The notes beneath the pieces were generated by a model that saw only the letters and a list, made by a program, of their open reading frames with translations, made no database searches and was not told the DNA's origin. A program made the translations under genes and the position numbers. 53,931 nt of DNA from a virus (taxonomy: Duplodnaviria > Caudoviricetes). Of this stretch, positions 28,243 to 36,716 are shown one piece after another; within the stretch, counting starts at the first letter, position 1, and each line of letters starts with the position of its first letter. The stretch covers positions 1 to 53,931 of the IMG/VR virus record IMGVR_UViG_3300035667_000105; one strand, given 5' to 3'.

Positions 28243-28604
28243 CAGGTCGCAACTCCGCTATCGCAGAGAAAATCGATATATTCGCGCTTCTCGTCCGTGT
28301 TCATGAAGGACCGGATGTTGTAGGCGGTCGGATCGCCCTTCACATCGCGCAGCCTGGCGTTGAGAATACGCCAGTCAGTGGTCACCTCGCGGCATTGCGC
28401 CGAGGAGCGAACCTTGATGATTAAGGGCTGATTTCCGGCAAGCCGCGAGGCGATGACGGTTTCCGATCCCTTCAAGGGCGTTAGCCGCGCAGCGCAGCGA
28501 AACCGCTCCTGCCACGCACCTTCGAAGTTGCCGGCGCCATCGCCATCTTCCGCAGGGGTGCGGCTTTGGAAGATGACGCGCTCGCGCAGTTCGCCGGCGG
28601 ACAT
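28242..28604 (-). CDS. Head closure/stopper protein
   Basis: MSAGELRERVIFQ..DGAGN..W..GSE. Confidence 0.85.
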   Translation of the reverse strand: MSAGELRERVIFQSRTPAEDGDGAGNFEGAWQERFRCAARLTPLKGSETVIASRLAGNQPLIIKVRSSAQCREVTTDWRILNARLRDVKGDPTAYNIRSFMNTDEKREYIDFLCDSGVAT

Positions 28605-28614
28605 CGGGCGGAGA

Positions 28615-29022
28615 TCAGTTCGCGACGTTCGGGAATTGGATGTTCAGATCCAGCACGGTGGTGGATTCGGCGAGCCCAAGCTGGCAGATATATTCGCCCG
28701 AACCGACGTCGGCCAATACGCAGATGCCGCCAGGTGTATCACTGACAAAATAGGCTATGCCGGCGGTCAGCACCGCGCCGAGCGTGATCTTGCCGCCAGT
28801 CTGGACATGCAGCGGCTGATTGAGCGCGGCGCCGTTCAAGGCGACGCCCACTGCATGGCGCGCGGCGGCCGTCGCCGAATTGTTGTCCGCAAGCAGGTAT
28901 TTCTTGCTGGTCGCATCGAGATAGACCAGCTTGCCCGCCGCGATCGCTTCGCCGGCGAGACCCTGCTTGGTTGCGGCGTCTTCGCCAGCGACGACATTGG
29001 CGGCGGTGATGGAAAGGTCCAT
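28615..29022 (-). CDS. Capsid decoration/cement-like protein
   Basis: AGEAIAAGKLVY..AVGVALNGA; AGGAG SD. Confidence 0.55.
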   Translation of the reverse strand: MDLSITAANVVAGEDAATKQGLAGEAIAAGKLVYLDATSKKYLLADNNSATAAARHAVGVALNGAALNQPLHVQTGGKITLGAVLTAGIAYFVSDTPGGICVLADVGSGEYICQLGLAESTTVLDLNIQFPNVAN

Positions 29023-29060
29023 TTTTAAGATGCTCCTGGTTGTAAAAAATTTATAGGAAG

Positions 29061-29708
29061 TCAGACCAGCGGGATCACACGATACGGCCTGACGTGGTCC
29101 GCGTAGCCGAACGGCAGCGAGAAGCTCTGGCCGCGAGCGTCGGCATAGATGCCTTGGCGGTTCTCATAGAGGTGACCGATATGCAGCAGCATCGCCTCGA
29201 CCAGGCTGGCCGGGATATCCCCAGCCGTAGACCCATAGCCACAGACATAGGTGACCTTGAACGCGTCCTCGCGGACATCGTGTTGCGGAAACGATGACCC
29301 GGACACCGGCGCGATGAAGGCGCTGCCGTCGCGAAAGCCGAGACGATAGTTCGCTGGATCCCAAGTTGTGTAGACGCCGGCGCTCATCACCTCGACACTA
29401 GTCACGCTCCGCACCAGGCCATACTCGATCGCGATGCGACCGCGCTCCGGACGTTCGGCCTCGAGCACCCAGGTCTGGTTAATCAGCGCGCGGCCGAGGT
29501 GGCCATCACGTTCGCGGCCGGAGCCGTCGAGATGGGAAATCGCAGCATTGATGAAGCGCTGGATGTCGGCGTCGTCATCGTCGTGATCGACCCGCAGAAA
29601 GCTCTTGGCGGCCTGCAGCGTGATCGGTGCGGCCGTGGGCGCGTCCAAACGATAATAGCGCCGTGCCGGCGGCGGTAATCGGGTGGCAAAGATGTCGAGC
29701 GTGTGCAT
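29061..29708 (-). CDS. Head-tail connector (gp6-like)
   Basis: PITLQAAKSFLRVDHDDDD..LGRALINQTW..HLYENR. Confidence 0.88.
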   Translation of the reverse strand: MHTLDIFATRLPPPARRYYRLDAPTAAPITLQAAKSFLRVDHDDDDADIQRFINAAISHLDGSGRERDGHLGRALINQTWVLEAERPERGRIAIEYGLVRSVTSVEVMSAGVYTTWDPANYRLGFRDGSAFIAPVSGSSFPQHDVREDAFKVTYVCGYGSTAGDIPASLVEAMLLHIGHLYENRQGIYADARGQSFSLPFGYADHVRPYRVIPLV

Positions 29709-29715
29709 CGGGTGA

Positions 29716-30027
29716 TCAAGCAACGGTCTGGATGCTGGGCCGGCCGGCGACGCGGATATCCGAGACCCGGACAATGCGCTGCCACCCGGAGGCCTCCGCG
29801 GTAAATACCGGCTGGATAATGCGCCAGCCTTCGGAACATTCGGTCGGCAGGGCATCGCCTTGTACAATCAGGCGAACGAATCCCGGGGGCGCCGAAACGC
29901 TGCCGACGACGCTGAGGCCGTAGACTTGCATGGCATCGATGATGCGGCCCAAGCCGTCGCGAAAGCAGCTGTCGGGTCGCGGCGTAAACCACAACTCGGC
30001 GTCGATGTCGATCAGCGCCTGGCGCAT
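29716..30027 (-). CDS. Hypothetical protein
   Basis: Coupled to the upstream gene. Confidence 0.5.
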   Translation of the reverse strand: MRQALIDIDAELWFTPRPDSCFRDGLGRIIDAMQVYGLSVVGSVSAPPGFVRLIVQGDALPTECSEGWRIIQPVFTAEASGWQRIVRVSDIRVAGRPSIQTVA

Positions 30028-30287
30028 CAGTACAGCGCCGAAAGCTTGGTCGCCGTGCTGCCGGTCGACCACACCAGCGAGACGCGGATCGGCAGGATGG
30101 TGCCGGCCGGGATCGACTGGATGACGTCGACCGAGCCGTCCTGGTAGGTGACCTTGAGGTCGCCGGTGCCGCCGACATAAATCGCGCGCGTGATCTCGAT
30201 CGCGACGGTGTCGCTTTTGACGATCGCGGCGCCGCCGATATAAGGCGACGACAGCGATGGCGACATTCCCTGGTAACGGTCGACCAT
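30027..30287 (-). CDS. Head-spike base protein (RcGTA rcc01079-like)
   Basis: TRAIYVGGTGDL..PAGTILPIRV..TGSTA. Confidence 0.75.
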   Translation of the reverse strand: MVDRYQGMSPSLSSPYIGGAAIVKSDTVAIEITRAIYVGGTGDLKVTYQDGSVDVIQSIPAGTILPIRVSLVWSTGSTATKLSALY

Positions 30288-30307
30288 GAGTAGCTTCCCT
30301 CAGGGAT

Positions 30308-30529
30308 TTATTTCTTCTTGATGGTCAGGACCGGCTTCTTCGCCGGCGGCTCGATCGGTTTGGTCGAGGGCGGCTGATAGCCGGCCTCGTGGGCGTGAGG
30401 ATTGTCTGGAAACGCGTAAGGCTCGGCCTCTTTGGAGGCGAATAGGGTGTTGGCGGCGCCATCCGGCAGCAGGGCGGTGTCGCCGGCGCCGAACGGCGCC
30501 ATCGGTGTGGTGAATCTGACGCCCTTCAT
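30308..30529 (-). CDS. Small head-module protein
   Basis: VRFT..PFGAGDTA; coupled. Confidence 0.55.
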   Translation of the reverse strand: MKGVRFTTPMAPFGAGDTALLPDGAANTLFASKEAEPYAFPDNPHAHEAGYQPPSTKPIEPPAKKPVLTIKKK

Positions 30530-30840
30530 GCCGGCACCTGCGGGGCGCTGGCGGGCTCGGCTGTCTGACCACCCTCCGGCGCCGCGGCGGGCGCATCAGT
30601 CGTGTCCGGGGCTGCGGCGGGTGCCGGGAGCGCCGCGGGTACGTCGGCCGCCACAGGCGCCGCTGGGCTGGTTTGCGGAGCCGGGGCGGGCCGGAGCAGG
30701 GCTGCGATCGCCGCATCCTTCTCCCGGGCGATTTCGGCCACCAGGTCCGACGCGGCCGCATGCACATGGACAACGGCGACCGGCACACCATCGTGCAGCG
30801 CGCGCTCGAGCGCCCAGGCCTCGATCAATGCTCGTATCAT
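30526..30840 (-). CDS. Ala/Pro-rich hypothetical protein
   Basis: ATGA-coupled on both sides. Confidence 0.5.
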   Translation of the reverse strand: MIRALIEAWALERALHDGVPVAVVHVHAAASDLVAEIAREKDAAIAALLRPAPAPQTSPAAPVAADVPAALPAPAAAPDTTDAPAAAPEGGQTAEPASAPQVPA

Positions 30841-31616
30841 GCAGCTTTCTCCGCGGTTTCGGCCGGCACTAGGACGGCGTCCTCGATGCTGCCCTGATAG
30901 GTCCAGGAGCCGACATGGCCAAGCTGGATGGTGGGATCGACCCAGACCGATTGGCCGTGGCGGCGCCAGCGATCGCAGAAAACGTAGTCCTCGCTGGTCT
31001 CGCCCTCGTCGCCTTCGTGGTTCTGGCGGAAGAATTCGAAATAGTGGTCGCGCAGATCCTGCGGCCAATCGTTGGCGCCGGGGCGCTTCCAGTCCGGATG
31101 TGCGGTCGCGAGCTCGTGCAGCACGCGGCGGTTAATCAGCATGAAGGCGGCGCCGAAGCCCAACGCCTCGATCGCACCCATGTCATCCTGACGCAGCTGG
31201 CCGCCGGCATCGTGCAGCGGCCGCCAGCACCACACGGCGGGGTCGCTGTTCGGCTTTTGCACCCGCATCCGGCCGACACCGCCGATCAGCGGCTTATCCG
31301 AGGCCAGCAGGCGCAGCACCGCGTTCGGGCTCCACTGCATGTCGTCATCGATGAACAATAGATCGGTAAAGTCCGACATCAGGAAGTGCGCGCAGAGTTC
31401 GTTGCGAGCTTTCGAGATAACAGATGATCCGACCACGAATTGATAGCTGCAGCGCATGCCCTGCTCGGGGAGGAACAGCAGCGTCGAGGCGAGCGACGAC
31501 GTGTATTGCCAGGCCGGATTGCGCGCGATCGGCGTGCAGATCATGACTGATCGCTGCCGCGCGCGCGCAAGCCTGTCCGCAGGCGCGACGGAAACCGCCG
31601 CGCCATTTTTATTCAT
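30837..31616 (-). CDS. GT-A fold glycosyltransferase-like protein
   Basis: VMICTP, ISKARN, LLFIDDDM (DxD), GAAFMLINR, SEDYVFC, LGHVG. Confidence 0.8.
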   Translation of the reverse strand: MNKNGAAVSVAPADRLARARQRSVMICTPIARNPAWQYTSSLASTLLFLPEQGMRCSYQFVVGSSVISKARNELCAHFLMSDFTDLLFIDDDMQWSPNAVLRLLASDKPLIGGVGRMRVQKPNSDPAVWCWRPLHDAGGQLRQDDMGAIEALGFGAAFMLINRRVLHELATAHPDWKRPGANDWPQDLRDHYFEFFRQNHEGDEGETSEDYVFCDRWRRHGQSVWVDPTIQLGHVGSWTYQGSIEDAVLVPAETAEKAA

Positions 31617-31622
31617 TGTCGA

Positions 31623-32090
31623 TCACGCCGGCAGGCGGTCGAAGCCGGCGAAGAAGCCGACGGCGCGGGATGCCGCGGTGTCGGTTTGGGTTGCCGACAG
31701 ATCCAGCGCATGGTTTGCGCGGACATAGCGGCGTGCCGAGGTCAGGTTGACGCTGACCTCCAGCTGCCCGGCCGCGGCCGAAGCTGCGGTCGAACCAGTC
31801 GCCATGACGGCATAGGTCGCGGTCTGATAGTCCGACCAGTTGGAGTTGTCGGCGCTGTCCTGGACGGCATAGCCGATCGAGAGCGTCTTGGCGGTCGCCA
31901 GCACCGCTTCCCAGGGGAAGGCCAGCGCCAGACTGTTCGGCATCGAGCCGTTCGGAAAGCCCATGCGGTCGATGGTGACGCCCGTGACAGTGGTGGAATC
32001 GCCGGCGCCGGCGGCGACGGCAGACGCGGCCGCCGAAAGGCGCTTGAGCGCACCCAGGCTGCCGACGTCGCGCTGAAGAACGATGTTCAT
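31623..32090 (-). CDS. Capsid decoration-like protein
   Basis: Beta-rich, VQDSADNSNWSD..RRYVR; directly after the capsid gene. Confidence 0.6.
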   Translation of the reverse strand: MNIVLQRDVGSLGALKRLSAAASAVAAGAGDSTTVTGVTIDRMGFPNGSMPNSLALAFPWEAVLATAKTLSIGYAVQDSADNSNWSDYQTATYAVMATGSTAASAAAGQLEVSVNLTSARRYVRANHALDLSATQTDTAASRAVGFFAGFDRLPA

Positions 32091-32202
32091 GGTTGAATTT
32101 CCTTCAGATGATGGGAATGGCCCGGCTGATGCCGCGCCGCGTATGGTTGAAATGCCCGTGCCGGGCCCGGCCGGAGCCGGACCCGCTGATCAGCTTGGGT
32201 GG

Positions 32203-33579
32203 TTAGGAGATCGCCGGCGCCCAGCGGACGAACTGGATGATCGCCACCGCGGAGTCGTGACGCATCTGGAAATCGTGTTCGGCGATGGCGCGGATCACGG
32301 TTTCGTCCTTGGCGAAGGCGGAAACGAGATTGCCGTTCTCGTCGTAATAGGTGCCTTCGCGGGAGACGGCGAGTTCGAGCTGCATCGAATCGAGGATGAT
32401 CGCTTCGGTCATCTCGGCCAACATCACGAACGAGCAATCCTGGTTGGCGCCGGTCGTATCGTACAGGTTGATCGGGAACTGCGTCGACTTCTTGAAGGGA
32501 TAGCTGAGCAGCGTTCCCTTGTTGAGTTCGTCGCGATAGACGTAAACGCCGAGCGAATTCTGCACGTTGTAAAGATAGTTGAACGACCTCGGGTGCATGA
32601 ACCAGCAGCGCTTGTCATCCGGCACGTCGGCGGTATCAAGCTTGTTGACGGCACCGCCGAGTTCGGCGGCCACCGTCGCCAGGGTGTAGGCCAGCGTGGA
32701 CGTGATCCAGTTGCCGCCGGCGGCAGCCGTGCTGTTGGCGCTGTTGAAATAGACGCCGGCCGTGGTGCCGTAGGCATTGGCAAAGGACAGGAAGCCCCGC
32801 GGGGTGTCCTGGGTGCCGTCATCGAGCAGGAAGGCTTTGTCCTCGCGCAACGCCACGACCTTAACCAGGTCGTCGCGGACGAAGGCGTCGACCGCGGGAT
32901 TGGCGTAGCGCATCATGTCGTTCGACACCGGCACCAGCGCGGTCATCTTCTTGAAGCTGGCAACGATGCCCTTCAGCGTCTGCTGGCTCTTGCTGATCTT
33001 GCTGCCTTCGGCGCCGTAACCGGCGGTCGCGGCGCTGCCCTGGCCGGGCAATGTCATGGTGCCGCGAGGCATCGGAAGCAATCGTGGACCGGCCGCGCGA
33101 ACAACGGCCCTGGGGCGCAGCAGCTCGATGATCTCAGCTGAGACGTCGGGCGGCACGATCAGGCCGCCGGAGGCGCCGACCGACGTCACCAGGGCTTTGG
33201 TCACGGGATGGTTCTCGCCGTAGAGGTCAGCCGCGGCCTGGCGAGCACCGTAGATATTGCCGCCGCCCATGCCGAGCATCTTGCAGACGCCGCCGATGAT
33301 CAGCGACTTCTCCTTGACGTATTTGTCGGTTTCGGCTGCAGCGGGACCGGTCTGAGTTTCCTGGCCAGCGACAGGCACGGCAGACTTTGCCGCCAGTTCC
33401 TGGGTTTCCTTGGCGCGGGTGATTTCGCCGTCGAGGCGGATCACGTCGGCCTTGAGGCGATCGTATTCCGGCTGGTCGGCCGGGGCGAAATCCTTCTTGG
33501 TGCCGTGCGCCTGCAAGGCATCGAACGCCTTGCCGCGAGCGGCCATCAGTTTGGCAATGGTCATGGTAATAGGCTCCAT
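32203..33579 (-). CDS. Major capsid protein (HK97 fold)
   Basis: GGLIVP..IIELLR..AEG..EDKAFL.DDG..PRG..WFMHP..IRAIAEHD. Confidence 0.95.
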   Translation of the reverse strand: MEPITMTIAKLMAARGKAFDALQAHGTKKDFAPADQPEYDRLKADVIRLDGEITRAKETQELAAKSAVPVAGQETQTGPAAAETDKYVKEKSLIIGGVCKMLGMGGGNIYGARQAAADLYGENHPVTKALVTSVGASGGLIVPPDVSAEIIELLRPRAVVRAAGPRLLPMPRGTMTLPGQGSAATAGYGAEGSKISKSQQTLKGIVASFKKMTALVPVSNDMMRYANPAVDAFVRDDLVKVVALREDKAFLLDDGTQDTPRGFLSFANAYGTTAGVYFNSANSTAAAGGNWITSTLAYTLATVAAELGGAVNKLDTADVPDDKRCWFMHPRSFNYLYNVQNSLGVYVYRDELNKGTLLSYPFKKSTQFPINLYDTTGANQDCSFVMLAEMTEAIILDSMQLELAVSREGTYYDENGNLVSAFAKDETVIRAIAEHDFQMRHDSAVAIIQFVRWAPAIS

Positions 33580-33667
33580 CTAAGGGGTGCGGCGTCATCA
33601 CGACGCTGCGGACAGCTTGCCCAAGGCTCCGGAAAGGGGGCGGGGGAGGCGCGCCGTGTCGGCGCGT

Positions 33668-35029
33668 TCAGCAGCTCTGCAGCCGCAGCAGTTCGAGATC
33701 CCGTTCGCGCTCTGACAGCACGCCGGTTGGCAGCGCCTTCTCCGTGTCGGTTTCGGCATCCGGCTCATCGCCGGAGTCGGTGTCATCGAACATCGCCTTG
33801 ATGGCGTCATGCCCGGCGAGAATGCTCTTGCAGGCATCCTCCATGGATTTCTGGTTGGCGGCGGAAAACTTGCGGCCGGCCTTGGTGCTGGCGGCCGCGA
33901 GCCGCAGCGCCTTAACCGCCGGGCTCTTGCCGGCTTCGATGAAGGACTTCTGTTCGGTTGGGAGGTTCGACAGCCGCGCGATTAGCTCGGCGACTTCCTC
34001 AGCGGTCATCGCCACCAGGGCGGCGCCGGCGTCGCGCGCGATCGCGGCGAGCATCTCGGGCAGCTTGCTGTCGTCGCCCTCGCTCTCGCGTTCCCAGTCC
34101 GCCCAGTTCGCGAGCGAGACCAGCGTCTGCACCACGCTGGCGAGGCTCGATGCGTCGTAGAGGTCCTTGCTGGCAAAGAAACGCTGTTGCTTGGTGGCGA
34201 TGTCGCCGGCGTCCTTGGTCTTGCTCATCTCACCCTCGTAATGGCTCAAGACGGCGCGCGCCTTGTCGGCGACGTCGTCGGGAAGATTGATGGATTTCAA
34301 TTTCTCTGCGGCGCCCGCGATGCTTTCCCGTGTCACCATCAGGCGGCCGTCGAAAAGTTTGGCGAAGGGGACCTGGTAGGAGGCAACGTCATCGGCGTGG
34401 CCGGCGTCGTAGACCAGGAAGCCCTTGCGCGCGAAGCCGGTGTCGGCGTCGTCGCCGTCAAAGTCAGCCTTTTCGAAAATGCCCTTGGCGGCCGCGGTGC
34501 CGTCCCAGGCGGAATCTGTCGCGATCGGCAGGTTGCGTGAGGCGCCCACCTTCCAGTTGGTGTTGGCAGCCTCAAGCGAGCGAGCGGTAACGATCGCGTC
34601 CGGCTGCGCCGGCACGGCGACGCCCGACAATTCGAGCAGCTCCCAGCGCTTGATGTGCGAGCCGCCGCCGGGCAAGGGCGCAACCTCAAGCTCGCGAAAG
34701 CCCGGGCTGACCGTGTTCAGTACGCCGGCCTTGTAGAGGCCGCAATATTCGTCCGCCTTTACCGAGATCCCTGCCGGCGCGAAGGTAATCACTGCCTCAA
34801 CGCGGTCCGATTTGATCTCCACCGCGGCCGTGCCGACCGGCGCCTTGGTGTTGTGGTCGGCCAGCACGATCGGATTGCGCTTATAGTTCGACAGGTCGCA
34901 GCCCGAGGGCTCCATGACGTCCTTGACGCGGTCCGGCGCCGGCGTCGACACCACAACGCGGATCTGACGATCGGTGAGCGTGTCATCCTTGATGACCGCG
35001 CCGGTGAGATATTTGTGCTTCAACTCCAT
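33668..35029 (-). CDS. Prohead protease (HK97 family) with long C-terminal extension
   Basis: DRVKDV..NPIVLADH..PVG..SPGF..ELLELSGVAVPAQP. Confidence 0.9.
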   Translation of the reverse strand: MELKHKYLTGAVIKDDTLTDRQIRVVVSTPAPDRVKDVMEPSGCDLSNYKRNPIVLADHNTKAPVGTAAVEIKSDRVEAVITFAPAGISVKADEYCGLYKAGVLNTVSPGFRELEVAPLPGGGSHIKRWELLELSGVAVPAQPDAIVTARSLEAANTNWKVGASRNLPIATDSAWDGTAAAKGIFEKADFDGDDADTGFARKGFLVYDAGHADDVASYQVPFAKLFDGRLMVTRESIAGAAEKLKSINLPDDVADKARAVLSHYEGEMSKTKDAGDIATKQQRFFASKDLYDASSLASVVQTLVSLANWADWERESEGDDSKLPEMLAAIARDAGAALVAMTAEEVAELIARLSNLPTEQKSFIEAGKSPAVKALRLAAASTKAGRKFSAANQKSMEDACKSILAGHDAIKAMFDDTDSGDEPDAETDTEKALPTGVLSERERDLELLRLQSC

Positions 35030-35043
35030 CGGGCGATGGTCCT

Positions 35044-36444
35044 CTAGCTTTCGGAAAGTTCGGTACGCGCGGGCGGGTGCGGATCCTGCACGAATGCGCT
35101 CTGGTCTTTCATCACGTAAGGCGCGATCGCGGACTTCTCGGCATTTGCAGCACCAGGATCGGGCGGCGCGCCGCCGGCGGGCCGGCCGGCACCGTCAGGC
35201 GCGGTGCCGCTCATGTCGGAGCCGGAGGAGGCGAGGTTGACCGGGGTCAGCAGCACGTCGCCGCCAGCCAGCGGCGGGTCGCCGTTTTCGGCGCGGCATT
35301 CATTCTGGGTCGATATCCCGGACATGATCTTGAGCCGCTGGTTATTTATGCGCGCGGCCTCGGAGGGATGCAGCAGCTCGCGCTCGTTGAGATCGGTAGT
35401 CAGGCCGTCGGCTTCGAGATTAAAGGTCTGGTTGAATTTCTGCTGGATGGCTTCCAGATCAGGCTTCACCGTGGTGTTGACGTAGTCGACCTGGGCGTCA
35501 TCCATCTTGATGCGGGCGAGTTCGGCGGTGACCGCCAGTTTCCACAGCGGCACGCCCATCCAGCGTGCGCATTCCTCGACCGACAATTTGCGCTGCTCGA
35601 TGAACTGCATGTCCACCGACGTCAGCTGCAGCGCTTCCCACTCCAGGCCTTCCTCGAGCAGGATAGTGCGGCCGACGTTTTCGACGCCGGCACGGATTTC
35701 TTCCCACTGCGCCTTGAGCCGTTTCGCGGCGTCTTCCGATATAAGTCCTTTGTGTTTAAGTACGCCGCCAGGACGGGCGCCATTGCCGATCAGGCGGGCA
35801 GTCTGCTGCTCGAGCCCCAGCGCCACGCCGATCGAATCCTGGGCGAGCCCGATCGTGGGCATGCCGAACAGCATGTTGAAAGACAATCCGCGCAGGTGCA
35901 GCATGTCCTCGGCCGGGATCGCCATGGGCAGATCCTTCAGCGCGAACATCTGGAACAGGCCGATGCGGCTGGTCTGGTAGAAGATCATCCCGTTCGATGC
36001 TTCCAGCACCGTAACGCCGTCCGGGTTGATCGGGATCAGGTTGATCGGGTTGCCGCGGCGATCGCGCAGGATCGCCGCATAGGCGTTCTGGCGCAGGATA
36101 TGGGCCGCCTCCATCTGGCCGGCGAATTCAAACCAGGTCTGCATCCAGTTCGGCCGCTTGAACAGCTTTGCCACCGGGTGGCTAGTGTTAGGTTTGCCGC
36201 TGCGCGGCGCACCGATCGGCATCACCCGCGGCGTGCAGCGCGCCACGTCGTTGGACCGGATCATGGTGCAGCGATAGATTACCGACGACGCCAACGCACT
36301 GGCTTGGTTGATGACGAGGCCGCTGGCGGACCTGCTAGCGCCGAGCAGGGGGAGGAAACCGCCTCCGCCTTGCGCAGCAATGCCGGTATCGGATTTGATG
36401 TGCGGCGCGGACATGCTGCGCGACATCGTCGTCAGGAGAGACAT
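35044..36444 (-). CDS. Portal protein (HK97 family)
   Basis: RPNWMQT..NAYA..LHLRG..NGARPGGVL..NECRA. Confidence 0.95.
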   Translation of the reverse strand: MSLLTTMSRSMSAPHIKSDTGIAAQGGGGFLPLLGASRSASGLVINQASALASSVIYRCTMIRSNDVARCTPRVMPIGAPRSGKPNTSHPVAKLFKRPNWMQTWFEFAGQMEAAHILRQNAYAAILRDRRGNPINLIPINPDGVTVLEASNGMIFYQTSRIGLFQMFALKDLPMAIPAEDMLHLRGLSFNMLFGMPTIGLAQDSIGVALGLEQQTARLIGNGARPGGVLKHKGLISEDAAKRLKAQWEEIRAGVENVGRTILLEEGLEWEALQLTSVDMQFIEQRKLSVEECARWMGVPLWKLAVTAELARIKMDDAQVDYVNTTVKPDLEAIQQKFNQTFNLEADGLTTDLNERELLHPSEAARINNQRLKIMSGISTQNECRAENGDPPLAGGDVLLTPVNLASSGSDMSGTAPDGAGRPAGGAPPDPGAANAEKSAIAPYVMKDQSAFVQDPHPPARTELSES

Positions 36445-36449
36445 TGCGG

Positions 36450-36698
36450 TCAGGCCCTGACGTTGAAGATCGCGACATAGACGAAGATTGCGCCAGGCAC
36501 GATGAAGGCTGCGGGAAGCCAGACGGGCGCAAGGCCGTAACCGACCAAGCCCGAGCCGCCGAGCAGCAGAAGATCCCGGAACCCGATCGGGGCTAGAAGC
36601 CGGGTAGAGAGAAATGCAATCGCGTTGACGACGGGGCGCGTGACCGCACGGCCGGCATAGCGGACCAGAAGCCAGAGTTGGGCAAGTTTCTGGCGCAT
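36450..36698 (-). CDS. Small membrane protein between terL and portal
   Basis: Two hydrophobic segments. Confidence 0.6.
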   Translation of the reverse strand: MRQKLAQLWLLVRYAGRAVTRPVVNAIAFLSTRLLAPIGFRDLLLLGGSGLVGYGLAPVWLPAAFIVPGAIFVYVAIFNVRA

Positions 36699-36716
36699 TT
36701 CAGCGGTCGTCCTTTG

